Origin: Gemmatales bacterium
GTDB lineage: Bacteria > Planctomycetota > Planctomycetia > Gemmatales > HRBIN36
DNA: 64,000 nucleotides
Direction: 5' to 3'
Assembly (NCBI GenBank): GCA_041640595.1
Contig: JBEPZY010000002.1
Coordinates: 436,651-500,650, forward strand
This document shows, in pieces, positions 39,185 to 49,999 of this stretch (within the stretch, counting starts at the first letter, position 1; each line of letters starts with the position of its first letter). Under the pieces are notes generated by a model. The model saw only the letters and a program-made list of their open reading frames with translations, was not told the origin of the DNA and ran no database searches. Both the position numbers and the translations under genes were made by a program.

Positions 39185-39261
39185 AGCGTTCTCGGCCTGG
39201 TACAATAGCGACGAGGTAGCCGAGGAAGGTTCATTGTGAGGAAACAAGCGTGGAAACCGGT

Positions 39262-42200
39262 ATGCGCGTGAATGTCCGACGGCTGGCAGGTAATCTGGGA
39301 GTGCGACCGATTCAGGTGCGGGCCGCTTTGCGGTTACTGCAAGCGGGAAACACCGTGCCGTACCTGGCCTATTACGGACGGGCACGCACCGGCGGTTTAT
39401 CCGAGACGGCACTCCGCCACCTTGCCCGCTATCTGGAAGAGCAAAAACGCCTGGCCGAACGCAAGCAATCGGTGCTTAAGCATATCGAGGGGCAGGAACG
39501 CCTGACTGCCGAGTTGCGCGAAAGCATTCTCCGCGCTGAGGACGCGCCCCAGCTGGAGGAGTTGTTCTATCCGTTCAAGCAGCCGCAAGAGACGCCAGCC
39601 GACCAGGCCCATGCCCAGGGCTTGAGCAAGCTGGCAGACGCCGTCTGGACCAGCGATCCGGTTGCCGAGCATCTGCAGGACCTTCTGCCCACTTTCGTCA
39701 ATCCCGACGTCGGCTTGAACACGCCGGAAGAAGTGCTGGAAGGAGTCCGGCATCTTTTAGCGGAACGGTTGTCGCAGCTCTGGCAGTGGCGACGAGTGGG
39801 ACGAAAGGCGCTGCGCGAACAGGCGGAGTTGGTAGCCCGTCGGCATCCGGAACTGCCTGAGGGCGAAGGTCAGGAGTACCGCGACTTTTTCGATTTTCGG
39901 GAGCCCATTCGCCGACTGCGACCTTACATCTTGCTGGCCCTGGTGCAAGGGGAACGTTCGCGGGCCCTGCAACTCGATATTGCTTGCGATGTGGAGAAGA
40001 TTCGTCAAACCCTGCTGGAAAACTTCCCCATTCAGGAACACCGGCATCTGGAACTGATCCGCAGCGCCGCCGAAGAAGCGGTGGAGCTTTATCTCATACC
40101 GGCGTTGCTCGGCGAATTGCGGCGGAAACTTTACCAGCGGGCGGAAGATTACGCGGCGGAAGTTATCGCGGCCAGTTTGCGGCGATTGGCGCTGGTGCGG
40201 CCAATGACAGGGTATCGCGTGCTGGCCATCGATCCGGGCTTGCGTCCGGGATGCCGTGTGGCTGTGCTGGATGAATCGGGCACGGTGCTGGAGTGCCGAC
40301 TGCTGCACCTTCTCACCCCATCTCGTGCCACTCGCGGGAAAACGAAGGAAACAGTTTCATCTTCCGCGGCAACCGGCGACACCTCCTCCAGCCACCAGAG
40401 CGATAATGCGATTTCCAGCCCGAGCGGAGCGACTACCGACGGAACTACCGCCAGCCAGGCTGCCAGCACTACGCCCGGCGATTCGGAGTTGGGCAACAAT
40501 TCTGAAACGGATACTCACGCTACCGATGCTGAATCGTCCGCCGCTAAAGAAGCCGCGACTTCCTCAGAAGGCCGTAGCCAGGATGCCCGAGTTTCGTTAC
40601 CGGATATTGAGCAACTTTGCGAGCTGGTGAAGCGTTATGAAGTGCAGGTCATCGTTATCGGCAATAATAACCACTGCCGCGAAGTCGAAAAACTGGTGCA
40701 GGAACTCATTCGTGAACGGCTGACGGATGGGCAATACAGCATCGTCAGTGACCTGGGAGCAGCACAGTATGCGGGTGGCATACTCGGCAAGGAGGAGTTG
40801 CCCAATCTGGATGCCGGTCTGCGTTTGGCAGTAAGTCTGGGTCGGCGGTTCCAGGACATGCTGGCCGAACTGGTCAAGGTGGACGTACCGAGCCTGGCCG
40901 GACTGCTCAACTTCTATGACATCGGTCCCCGCCGGGCTCAGGAAGCTGTGCGCCATACCCTGGAAAGTCTGGTCAATTGGGTGGGTGTGGATTTAAACCA
41001 GGCCAGTTTTTCCCAACTACGTTATGTGGCGGGATTGAACGACCACCTGGCCCGAGTGCTGGTGGATTATCGTCGCAATGTGGGACCGTTTCGCCGTCGG
41101 GAACAATTGCTGCAGGTTCCGGGCATCACCGAAGCGGTTTATAAGCAGGCGGCTGCGTTTTTGCGTATTCCCGACGGCGAGGAACCACTCGATTCGACCT
41201 GGCTTCATCCCGACCAGTATGACCTGGCGCGGCGACTACTGCAAGCGCTGGGCTTCTCGCCGGAAGCAGTGCGTGAGCCTTTCCGCCGCCGCGAACTGCG
41301 CCAGGCTCTGGGTCGCGTCGAGGTCAACAAACTCGCCGCAGAGCTCGGTTGCTCTCCCATAGCATTGCGGGAGGTGATGAATCACCTGTCGGCAGCCGGG
41401 CGTGATCCGCGATTATCATTGCCGGAGCCAATTCTGCGACGCCAACTCCGACCGGTGAGCGAACTCCGTGCCGGGGAGCATTATTACGGACTGGTGGTAC
41501 GGCTGCTGGATTTCGGCGCGTTTGTGGATATTGGAGCGGAAGAAACCGGCCTGCTACATAGAAGCCGCATGGGCCGAAGCAAGTTTCACTCCCCACGCGA
41601 GGTGCTCACGGTGGGGCAAGTGGTAAGTGTCTGGGTGGTGCAGGTGGATGCTGGCCTGAAACGCATTGCCTTGAGCCTGGTTCCACCGGTAGCGCGGCGT
41701 CGGCGAGCGATACGCCGTCGTCGCGCCGTGCGACCTTCCCCGCCGGTAACGATGATTGTTCAGCCACCCAAACCCAGTACCGCGGCAACGGTAGCCTCCT
41801 CTCCGGCGACAGCCGCGACCGCAGCAGTACCGGCCAGCACCGAAATCACAGCGCCCACACAACCGTCGGAAACAACCATGCCGGCTACTCCGGTACCTCC
41901 GCCGACAGTAGCCGGGCCGACTGGACCGACAATCGAACCGCCTGCAACCTGTCAAACGCCTCCCTCGCCGATCTCGGCTCCGACAGAACCAAAACCGGCC
42001 GAGACGCCTGCTCCCACGCTGACCGCTCAGGCGGAACCTTCGCCCACCCCTGTTCGTCCTCCTCGTCCAGCACGCAAGCCCGAACCGCTACTGTCACCGG
42101 CACGTGAAACGCCAACTTTGCCACCGGATGTCTTGAGCGGCAAAAGAGAATTACGAACATTCGCGGAATTGAAAGCGTTTTTCGAGGCCCGGCAACGATT

Positions 42201-42270
42201 GCAGGCCAGCAGTCAATCCACTGCTGAACAGCCGCCGGCCAGTCCGGTTTCGGATGATTCCGGACGATGA
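39262..42270 (+). CDS. tex: Tex-family transcription accessory protein (YqgF, HhH, S1) with low-complexity insertions
   Basis: 'LLQAGNTVPYLA', 'LAIDPGLRPGC', 'AVSLGRRFQD', 'VGVDLNQAS', 'LDSTWLHPDQY', S1 'DFGAFVDIGAEETGLLHRS'. Confidence 0.88.
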   Translation: MRVNVRRLAGNLGVRPIQVRAALRLLQAGNTVPYLAYYGRARTGGLSETALRHLARYLEEQKRLAERKQSVLKHIEGQERLTAELRESILRAEDAPQLEELFYPFKQPQETPADQAHAQGLSKLADAVWTSDPVAEHLQDLLPTFVNPDVGLNTPEEVLEGVRHLLAERLSQLWQWRRVGRKALREQAELVARRHPELPEGEGQEYRDFFDFREPIRRLRPYILLALVQGERSRALQLDIACDVEKIRQTLLENFPIQEHRHLELIRSAAEEAVELYLIPALLGELRRKLYQRAEDYAAEVIAASLRRLALVRPMTGYRVLAIDPGLRPGCRVAVLDESGTVLECRLLHLLTPSRATRGKTKETVSSSAATGDTSSSHQSDNAISSPSGATTDGTTASQAASTTPGDSELGNNSETDTHATDAESSAAKEAATSSEGRSQDARVSLPDIEQLCELVKRYEVQVIVIGNNNHCREVEKLVQELIRERLTDGQYSIVSDLGAAQYAGGILGKEELPNLDAGLRLAVSLGRRFQDMLAELVKVDVPSLAGLLNFYDIGPRRAQEAVRHTLESLVNWVGVDLNQASFSQLRYVAGLNDHLARVLVDYRRNVGPFRRREQLLQVPGITEAVYKQAAAFLRIPDGEEPLDSTWLHPDQYDLARRLLQALGFSPEAVREPFRRRELRQALGRVEVNKLAAELGCSPIALREVMNHLSAAGRDPRLSLPEPILRRQLRPVSELRAGEHYYGLVVRLLDFGAFVDIGAEETGLLHRSRMGRSKFHSPREVLTVGQVVSVWVVQVDAGLKRIALSLVPPVARRRRAIRRRRAVRPSPPVTMIVQPPKPSTAATVASSPATAATAAVPASTEITAPTQPSETTMPATPVPPPTVAGPTGPTIEPPATCQTPPSPISAPTEPKPAETPAPTLTAQAEPSPTPVRPPRPARKPEPLLSPARETPTLPPDVLSGKRELRTFAELKAFFEARQRLQASSQSTAEQPPASPVSDDSGR

Positions 42271-42338
42271 CAGTTTTTTCCATTCGCTCTGCGCATACAA
42301 TCCTTCTGAGGGACAAGATAACACCAGGAGGGTCAACG

Positions 42339-42581
42339 ATGATTCCGGAACAAATACGTCAGCCGGATGCAGAGCGTCCTCAAAAGGAAATGCCCGTTCC
42401 GTTAGCCCTCGGTTACCAGCCCCGCGTTTTGCCCAACGCTGTGGATGTTACTGGACTGGTACCCGACGAAGTTCACGTGGACCCATATATCACCGCTGGT
42501 CATCCAGGGTACGAAGAAAGCGGTGAGTCGCAAATTATCCCAATGGATCGCCTCACGGGCGGTCAATCGTCCGCAGGCTAA
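42339..42581 (+). CDS. Small hypothetical protein (80 aa)
   Basis: AGGAGG RBS before ATG 42339. Confidence 0.55.
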   Translation: MIPEQIRQPDAERPQKEMPVPLALGYQPRVLPNAVDVTGLVPDEVHVDPYITAGHPGYEESGESQIIPMDRLTGGQSSAG

Positions 42582-42727
42582 CGCGGCAGGCGATCCCCAC
42601 TTCAACCACAAAACATCGCCTTACGTGGCTGCACAGAACCAGGCGGCGACTGTCTCATCGGTATGTTCGCATTGCGCCTCCAAGCAAACGCAGGCGTGCT
42701 AACCTTCCTAGCGTTCGGAGGGAATAC

Positions 42728-44308
42728 ATGCCAACCCATCGCCTTCCTTCTCGAGCAAAAGTGATCGGCGGTAATCCTGGTTTACAACACTTCGCTACTT
42801 TCCGTTACCCACTGGGCTATGGAAGCTTTCTCGGTATCAGTGTGGCTATTCTGCTTAGCCTGCCGCTAGCGAGCGTTGCTCGGAAAGATGCTGGTGGTCG
42901 GCCAGTGCGCGAATTCCCAGCAGAGTTGATAGAAGACAAAATCCGCGGCGGGTTGGTCGGACAGCTTTTGGGCAACCTGAACGGGTTGCCGCACGAGTTC
43001 AAATACATCGAAGAGCCAGGCGATGTCCGCGACTATGTGCCTGCTTTGCCGGATGGCGCCTGGACCGACGACGATACCGACATCGAATGGACTTATGTGG
43101 TGGCCATGCACCGCCAGCGCCGGCTCTTGTTGCCGTGGCACGATATCCGAAGTCTCTGGCAGACCCATATCAATCGCCGCATCTGGTCTTCCAATCAATA
43201 CGCTCGCCAGTTGATGGACTTAGGGATCGATCCGCCTGCCACGGGTTTAGTTGCCTTGAATCCCTGGGCGGAATTCAACATCGCGGGCCAGTTCTGCGCC
43301 GAAACATTCGGCCTGATTGCACCTGGATTACCAGAAACAGCAGCGACTATCGGGACGCATTACACTTGCGTGGCAGTGTCCGGAGAACCGCTCCAGGCAA
43401 CTCAGCTGTTCACGGCTATGATTGCCACAGCTTTTCTCACGGCAGATTTGCAAGAAATCCTGAATGCTGGCCAGCAAGCTTGCGATCCGCAGTCGAGGTT
43501 GCTGCAAGTAGTTCGCCAGGTCCTGGCCTGGCACAAACAGTTCCCGGACGATTGGCGCGCTACTCGGCAGAAGATCAAGGAAACCTACGACATTTACGGT
43601 AAGTCCCACCGGGGCCGCAACGGGTACGAGATCAACACAGCTTGTATTATCGCCGCTTTGCTTTATGGACATGGGGACTTTGTCAAGAGCATGACGTTGG
43701 CCTTCAACTTCGGATGGGATGCTGATTGCAATGCTGCCACTGTTGGCACTATACTCGGCGTGCGTCAGGGCTGGCAATGGATGCAAAAGCAGGGTTGGCG
43801 CATCCAGGATCGTTATCGCAATACTACCCGCGAAGGTTTGCCAGAAGACGAAACCATCACGCGTTTCGGGGATCGGCTGATCGAATTAGCGCGGCTTGCT
43901 ATAACCGAAGCTGGCGGCGAATATACCAAGAACACCGCGGGTAAGCACATTTACCGCATTCCTATCCAGCAGCCTCGCTGTGTCCATCCCCTGGCAATGG
44001 ATGAAAAAAACACTCAACAACTGGCACGACTTTACTCGCCGCAAAAATTACTGGACGGATTACGTTCAGCGGATGAGCAAACCAGAGCTCGCAGTGCTTA
44101 TCTGGCCATTGCTCTGGGATATAGCAACGAGGTTCGTCAGCGTGATGAGGCGGCCTGGAAAGCGGGGCTGGCTGCTCTCGACAAATATCCCAAGGTTGTT
44201 CAGGCCATTCACTACTATACACCAGCTACGGAGCTGGCTAATCAACTGCGGCAATCTGCTCTGCAGGCGGGTTTAGCACGACCTCCGAAAAAGCTTCCGC
44301 TCTGGTAA
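42728..44308 (+). CDS. ADP-ribosylglycohydrolase-family protein, putative exported
   Basis: 'DKIRGGLVGQLLG', 'WTDDDTDIE', 'GWDADCNAATVGTILG'; hydrophobic N-terminal segment. Confidence 0.82.
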   Translation: MPTHRLPSRAKVIGGNPGLQHFATFRYPLGYGSFLGISVAILLSLPLASVARKDAGGRPVREFPAELIEDKIRGGLVGQLLGNLNGLPHEFKYIEEPGDVRDYVPALPDGAWTDDDTDIEWTYVVAMHRQRRLLLPWHDIRSLWQTHINRRIWSSNQYARQLMDLGIDPPATGLVALNPWAEFNIAGQFCAETFGLIAPGLPETAATIGTHYTCVAVSGEPLQATQLFTAMIATAFLTADLQEILNAGQQACDPQSRLLQVVRQVLAWHKQFPDDWRATRQKIKETYDIYGKSHRGRNGYEINTACIIAALLYGHGDFVKSMTLAFNFGWDADCNAATVGTILGVRQGWQWMQKQGWRIQDRYRNTTREGLPEDETITRFGDRLIELARLAITEAGGEYTKNTAGKHIYRIPIQQPRCVHPLAMDEKNTQQLARLYSPQKLLDGLRSADEQTRARSAYLAIALGYSNEVRQRDEAAWKAGLAALDKYPKVVQAIHYYTPATELANQLRQSALQAGLARPPKKLPLW

Positions 44309-44330
44309 GTCCGCCGCTCCAGCAGGGCAC

Positions 44331-45908
44331 TTAGCGAACCCGGGGCCAATAGCGACCTCCTAAGGGCGACAAACTATGCACTGGCCCGGGTGCATGAAAC
44401 GCTACGACCTGCCTGGCTACCGGTGTATCGCTTTCAAAAACCATACGCGCCGCGTACGCCACTTCGTGAAACGCCACGATTTTGCTCAGGACGTAATAGT
44501 CCCGTTCCTGGCGATTGAACACGAACCACCAGTCGCCATGCAGGGTGCCGATCTGCTGCGGATAACGAATGGCCCATTCCAGGGCATAGCCCGAATAAAA
44601 TGCTGCCAGCCCGTAAGGATCGAACAGGTTGTCTCCGGGTCGCAAGTGCTGACGTAACCAGTAACCGGCTTGGCGATGGCCTATTGCTCCGGCATGCAGG
44701 GGTTCGCGGACCAGTTTGCCGACACAGACGGCTAGAAAACCGGCCAGAGCAAAGTTAAACAGTCGCTGCAGGTTTTGGATCCATCGCCAGCTAACTGCGC
44801 CGCAACTTCTTTGATGCCACCACACGCTGGCCTTTGCGAACCGCCACGTTAACCCAGCGCACATTAGACCGCAGATGGTAATCGGATAACTGTAACGCTC
44901 TGCCGAATAGCCAAGCACCAGGGCACCCCGCCAGAGCACCAACATATAGATAAGCACGAACAAGGTCACTAATAACCAGAGCGGATCCCGACGCAGGCGA
45001 CGCAAAGCCAGAACCAAACCTGGCAGGACCAATATCAACGGAGCATAGAAGAATCCCTGGGCGATATCTTCCAGGACATAAACAAGCGCCCGGAATATCC
45101 CAACGTTGGCTGCATCGGGAATGTGAGCGGCCAGGAGCGAGCACGTCGTATGGATCGCCGATATAGGAGCTGAGCCAGCCGCGCCAGCATTCAGCAGAAG
45201 TCGGCCGCTCGGTTTCACCGTTAGCCCACCAATCGCGTAAGTGTACGGAAAAACACTTATAACCAGCGGAAGGAAAAATGAAACCATTGTTCGCACCAGC
45301 TGGCCTGCACTACCAGGCAAATCCCGACGGAAATAAAGGGCTGGGATGCTTATGAGCACGGTGAGGGCAAAAATGGCAGCCTCCGGTCGGGTGAGGTAAG
45401 CAAGCCCGCAGGCCAGTCCGCCTGCAGCAAACCAGTACCACCTTCCCTGCTGCAAACCGATACTGACCAGCAGCAGACTCCAAAACACCCCCGCCAGATA
45501 TAAACCCTCCGAAAGAGCATCGCACAAACAACTGGCCAGGCCCGGCAACAGGTTGAACAATACCGCTACCCAGAACGCGGCCGTAGTGCCAACGAGCCGA
45601 CGAGTCAGCAAAAATATCGCCGGCGTGGCGAGTAATCCGGCCAGGAAATTTGCCAGTTGCGCCGCCAGCTGCCAGGCTTCCGGTTCCAGTTCCCGGCCGG
45701 GAAACAGCAAACGTTGACAGCCGGCTATCGCCAGCGGATAAAGCGGATGTTGCTGCGACTGGCGAACCACTACGCTCCATGGTTGGCGCTGCAAGTAAAT
45801 CGCATACTGAATGTAATCCACGCCATCCCGCGAAATACACACGGTGCGTAGCAGAATCATCGCCTTCACCAGCACCGCCACCAACAACGCCAGCAACAGT
45901 AAGAACAT
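44331..45908 (-). CDS. GT-C (family 39/ArnT-like) membrane glycosyltransferase
   Basis: 'SRDGVDY', 'HPLYP', 'LSEGLYL', 'GLAYLTRPEA'; many TM helices. Confidence 0.8.
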   Translation of the reverse strand: MFLLLLALLVAVLVKAMILLRTVCISRDGVDYIQYAIYLQRQPWSVVVRQSQQHPLYPLAIAGCQRLLFPGRELEPEAWQLAAQLANFLAGLLATPAIFLLTRRLVGTTAAFWVAVLFNLLPGLASCLCDALSEGLYLAGVFWSLLLVSIGLQQGRWYWFAAGGLACGLAYLTRPEAAIFALTVLISIPALYFRRDLPGSAGQLVRTMVSFFLPLVISVFPYTYAIGGLTVKPSGRLLLNAGAAGSAPISAIHTTCSLLAAHIPDAANVGIFRALVYVLEDIAQGFFYAPLILVLPGLVLALRRLRRDPLWLLVTLFVLIYMLVLWRGALVLGYSAERYSYPITICGLMCAGLTWRFAKASVWWHQRSCGAVSWRWIQNLQRLFNFALAGFLAVCVGKLVREPLHAGAIGHRQAGYWLRQHLRPGDNLFDPYGLAAFYSGYALEWAIRYPQQIGTLHGDWWFVFNRQERDYYVLSKIVAFHEVAYAARMVFESDTPVARQVVAFHAPGPVHSLSPLGGRYWPRVR

Positions 45909-46409
45909 CGCCGGGTCGCCTCGAAACGCGAGGAAACGTAAGGGATGGCGAATATTCGCCGATTTTTCTAAGCTTCTGTGCTGGTACACGCTCGTTTCGC
46001 TCCGACCGCCTAAATGTTAAGTTGCACCGGCGCCGATTATTTTTTCCCATCGGGCTGACGTCTATCGTCGCGGAGATTTTTGCGGTAGGGATACGATCTT
46101 ACGGCAGCCAGGCTGAACCGATGCCCGCCCGTGCGATGCAGTTCTCGATTGTTGAAAGCGGCGGCAAATCATTGCGAAGTAACTACCATTCGGCCATCCT
46201 TAGAGCAAGGCGAACTCGACGAGCCACGCTCTCTCGCAGTGGGAATACCGCTGACTTTTGCTTGCTGCTCCTGCTTGTTTGTGCGAATATTCACCAGGAA
46301 AAGCGATGTTCTTTGGTGCTGCGCATGAACTGGTGTGCGACGAAGGCGTGATCACAACGGTTGCAGGGATGCGAGCCAACAATGCCTTTGCTGCCCTGGC
46401 GGTCTTGTT

Positions 46410-47750
46410 CTACGGGTCGCCACGCCGAAGGCTGCGGGCGATCACTTCCAGGTCGGCCAGGAGATGGCGATGCTGGTTCGGTACTCGACCGGCCAGAGTC
46501 GCACCGCCCTGGGCTTGTCGAATGGCGTAATAATCCAGAACCAGCCGTTCGCCTCGAAGCGTAACTTCGTACCGGAAACGTTCCAGACTCCCTGTTGGAG
46601 CAGGCAACTGTTCCACAGAGCCGCGACGATGCACGGTTGCTTGTTGTTGCGCCAGCCACTGCTCGACCTGCTGCTGATACTGTGCCCCGGTGAGAGCATG
46701 GGCGGGTGGGTCGAGCGTAAGCAGCAGGGTGCCGCCATTCGGTTCATCGAGGAAAATTTGCCGAGGGTCAGCTCGTCGTACCGTCCATCGCCTGGGGTAA
46801 ACGAACGCGACCCCCAACGTTTTTTCAGCAAACAGAAGCCGCGTATTTTCTTCGTCCGGCACCAGCTTTAAACCGCGGAGCGCGGTCTCACTCAACTGCG
46901 GAATATCGTTCACCATCCGCCGCGTTATAACCAGGGTTCCCTGAACCTGACCTACCGCCTGGCCTTCGCTGTCCAGCAGCCATTGCTTACCCTCGAGGGA
47001 GAGGTAAACAATTTTGTTTTGTGCTAGGTCGAAGTAAAGCAGGCCGTGAAGCTCATGCCGACTTGCGCCATCTTCCGACACGCCGCTGACGGTTCCTGCA
47101 AAACTGATCTGGGCCAACCGTTGCCCCTCTCGCTGCTGAATTTGTTCCAAGCGGCAGCTTATCGTTCCCTGGGTAACCTTTTCCAGGTCGGTCAATTCCT
47201 GAACGGCCGACGGATCAGCTGGCCACTTTTCGCCCATGCCGACAGCGCGTCCTGGCAGCAAACCGGCCAGCGCTGGGGTAAACACATCGGTGCGAACGCG
47301 ATCGATTTCCGACCAGGTCAAAGGCACGTCGGGTGAAAACGGCACTTCCAGGTGTCCGGCACGCAGAATCACCATGCGCCGCGCTGCCGGGCGCAGCTGG
47401 CTGACCTGCTCCTGTTGCCCTAAGCGACGCTGGAAGTCCAGTCGCTCATACAGCCGGATTGTGCGTTGCACGACGCCATTGGCAGCCACTTCGAGTATCT
47501 TCTCGGCATAGTCAATGGCACTGCTACCGGTGAATGCGGCGGTTTGCGGCGGGCCATTCGGCTTTTCCGGCGGTAAGCGGAGTTCGCCACGCAAGTTCAC
47601 GCGGCAGCTGACATGATACTGCTGTCCGACCGCCGATTTTTCCTGCAACCACACTTTTTGGGAACTTTCCTGGCCCGCGGTTACCGAGCAGATTGTCAAC
47701 AGCACCCACCCTGGCACCAACCACCTGCCATTGATTCGTGGATTCGCCAT
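46410..47750 (-). CDS. Secreted hypothetical protein (beta-rich, planctomycete type)
   Basis: 446-aa ORF with signal peptide and coding-like composition. Confidence 0.75.
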   Translation of the reverse strand: MANPRINGRWLVPGWVLLTICSVTAGQESSQKVWLQEKSAVGQQYHVSCRVNLRGELRLPPEKPNGPPQTAAFTGSSAIDYAEKILEVAANGVVQRTIRLYERLDFQRRLGQQEQVSQLRPAARRMVILRAGHLEVPFSPDVPLTWSEIDRVRTDVFTPALAGLLPGRAVGMGEKWPADPSAVQELTDLEKVTQGTISCRLEQIQQREGQRLAQISFAGTVSGVSEDGASRHELHGLLYFDLAQNKIVYLSLEGKQWLLDSEGQAVGQVQGTLVITRRMVNDIPQLSETALRGLKLVPDEENTRLLFAEKTLGVAFVYPRRWTVRRADPRQIFLDEPNGGTLLLTLDPPAHALTGAQYQQQVEQWLAQQQATVHRRGSVEQLPAPTGSLERFRYEVTLRGERLVLDYYAIRQAQGGATLAGRVPNQHRHLLADLEVIARSLRRGDP

Positions 47751-47908
47751 CACCTTACCCGCCGTGATTGCCTGGTGCCCCGGTTATAGTGTGTCCCGGT
47801 ACTTTACCCCCGACCATCATGGTCCAGAAGAATGGGAGTTGATCCGTTGCTCCCCGCCGCTATTGTAACTCGCTAGAGCTTCCGCGACAAAATGGGAGGC
47901 CCAAGCTG

Positions 47909-48697
47909 ATGCAGGATGATAAATCTACCGCTCAGGTGGACGTAGTAGCCGTCGCCGCTCATCCAGACGATCTGGAAATCACCTGCGGTGGCACGCTTGC
48001 GTTACTCGTGCGCCAGGGATATCGCGTCGCCATGATTGACCTGACCGATGGTGAACCGACACCACGGGGCACACAGGAAATTCGTGCTCGTGAAGCGGAA
48101 GCTGCGCGCCAGGTCCTGGGAGTGCCTTTACGCATCGGTGTCGGTTTACCGAACCGCCTCCTGATGGACAGCCCTGAAAACCGCTTCGCCCTGGCTACCT
48201 GGTTTCGGCGACTCCGGCCGCAGATAGTCATTGCTATGGCCGGCAGAACTCCCGCCGCCTCTCCCGACCATTACCAGGCTCAACTGCTTATCGAAGCGGC
48301 ACGCTTTTACTCCCAACTTACCAAATGGGACGATCGCTTCGCCGGTACAGCTCCCTATCGGGTTCCTCACCTGGTGTATGCGCCGGTTCCGGGCGACGCC
48401 GAAATCCGTCACTGGCACACAACGTTTGTGGTGGACATCTCGGACACTTTTGAACAGAAGCTCCAGGCAGTGCGGTGCTACCAATCGCAATTCGACGAAG
48501 CACGCTTTGAACGGATGCGGCATTTTCTCAGCAGTTACAACGGTTTTCTCGGTAGCCGCTGCGGTTTTCGTTACGGCGAACTTTTTGCCCTACCCCAACC
48601 GCTGGGGACGAATGACCTGTTCCGCACTGTGCTGGGCGGCCAGGCACCGATGCCACCAACACCGCTGACGCCACCGGCGACTCTGCCCCACGGATAG
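47909..48697 (+). CDS. PIG-L family deacetylase (BshB1-like)
   Basis: 'AHPDDLEI..GGT', 'LTDGE', 'SPDH', 'VDISDTFEQKLQAVRCYQSQF'; GGAGG RBS. Confidence 0.88.
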   Translation: MQDDKSTAQVDVVAVAAHPDDLEITCGGTLALLVRQGYRVAMIDLTDGEPTPRGTQEIRAREAEAARQVLGVPLRIGVGLPNRLLMDSPENRFALATWFRRLRPQIVIAMAGRTPAASPDHYQAQLLIEAARFYSQLTKWDDRFAGTAPYRVPHLVYAPVPGDAEIRHWHTTFVVDISDTFEQKLQAVRCYQSQFDEARFERMRHFLSSYNGFLGSRCGFRYGELFALPQPLGTNDLFRTVLGGQAPMPPTPLTPPATLPHG

Positions 48698-49207
48698 CGG
48701 CGATGTTTCAAAGTCGCAGACGAGTTATGCGATAGCGCCTCGCGCCAGCGACCCGGTTCCAGAAAAAGCATGGTCGGCTAAATTGCTCCTATGCTGGTGA
48801 AATATCTGAGTGAAGGAGCAGTTTTGGAAGTCGGGACATGTCGCCCGCGCAGGAGAACAACTGGGCGACGTTCTGGTCTTACACAAGCCAGTCCTTGCGG
48901 TTTCGCACGGCGGGAGCACAGCAGGAATCGGTTGGTGTGAGCAAGCAAAACAACCGGTGGCAAAAGGTCTCGACTGCCTCTCGTGCAGCAGGGATCGGAA
49001 TTTGGAACGGAATTCCTATCCGGCATTTGCCGGGCCAGGATGAGTAAGCCGGGATTGCTGGGGCGCTTGGCTTACGTAACTGCAAGCTCGTTGTCCTGGC
49101 CAACATGACTGCCAACAATTCCTCGAATTGACCGCCGAAGAATATTATGTGCTGTTTCATCTGAGGGTCCCGTATGCGTTTTCGCATCTCGGCGCTGGGA
49201 GCACAGC

Positions 49208-49999
49208 TTGGCCACGGAAAAGACGACCGCCCTGGTGCTGCGGACTACCGATTTCAGTGAGACCAGTCGCGTGGTGGTGCTCTGGACACGCGATTTTGGT
49301 AAGGTACGCGCTCTGGCAAAGGGCGGGCGCAGACTCCGCAGTGCCTTTGAAGTTGCTCTTGACCTGCTGAACTTGTGCGATATTGTCCTCATCCGCAAAG
49401 CTTCTGACGCTCTCGATCTGCTCACCGAGGCACGACTCCGCGAACGCTTCGTCCATTTGCGCACTCATCTGCAGGCTTATTACGCGGCCTGCTTGATGGC
49501 CGAAATTTTGTCCATTTGCGCTCAGGAAAACGATCCGCATCCGCAGTGGTTTGAGGAGACGATTTCCGCTTTGCGCCAGCTTAGCGGCGAGGCGGTCTAT
49601 CCCACATTGCTGCAATGGGAAGTGCGGGCCTTGCGGGAGGTCGGTCTCCAGCCAGTCCTGGATCGCTGCGTGCTATGCAAGCAACCGATGCTCGCGGCAT
49701 CTGGCGGTGCCTCGCTCACCTGGAGTGCTCTGGCCGGCGGGGTCGTTTGTTCTCATTGCCACGTCGCGGCCCGGGGACGACGGCAAGTCTCAGCACATCT
49801 GATCGGGCAACTGCAAAAGCTTGCCTGCTCCTCCACCGAGCTACCAGACCCAGCGACGTGCCTCGATTTGCTTGACTTACTGCACGACTACTGGATGCAG
49901 CAGCTCAGCGTGCCTCTGCGTCTGGCTATTTATTTCCAACCTATTCGCCGTGATGCGGGGAAACCGGAAGGGGGCCATGGGTATAACTCGCCTAGCTAA
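49208..49999 (+). CDS. recO: DNA repair protein RecO
   Basis: TTG start after GGGAG; 'LVLRTTDFSETSRVV..WTRDFGKVRALAKGGRR'; CxxC...CxxC zinc finger. Confidence 0.93.
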   Translation: MATEKTTALVLRTTDFSETSRVVVLWTRDFGKVRALAKGGRRLRSAFEVALDLLNLCDIVLIRKASDALDLLTEARLRERFVHLRTHLQAYYAACLMAEILSICAQENDPHPQWFEETISALRQLSGEAVYPTLLQWEVRALREVGLQPVLDRCVLCKQPMLAASGGASLTWSALAGGVVCSHCHVAARGRRQVSAHLIGQLQKLACSSTELPDPATCLDLLDLLHDYWMQQLSVPLRLAIYFQPIRRDAGKPEGGHGYNSPS

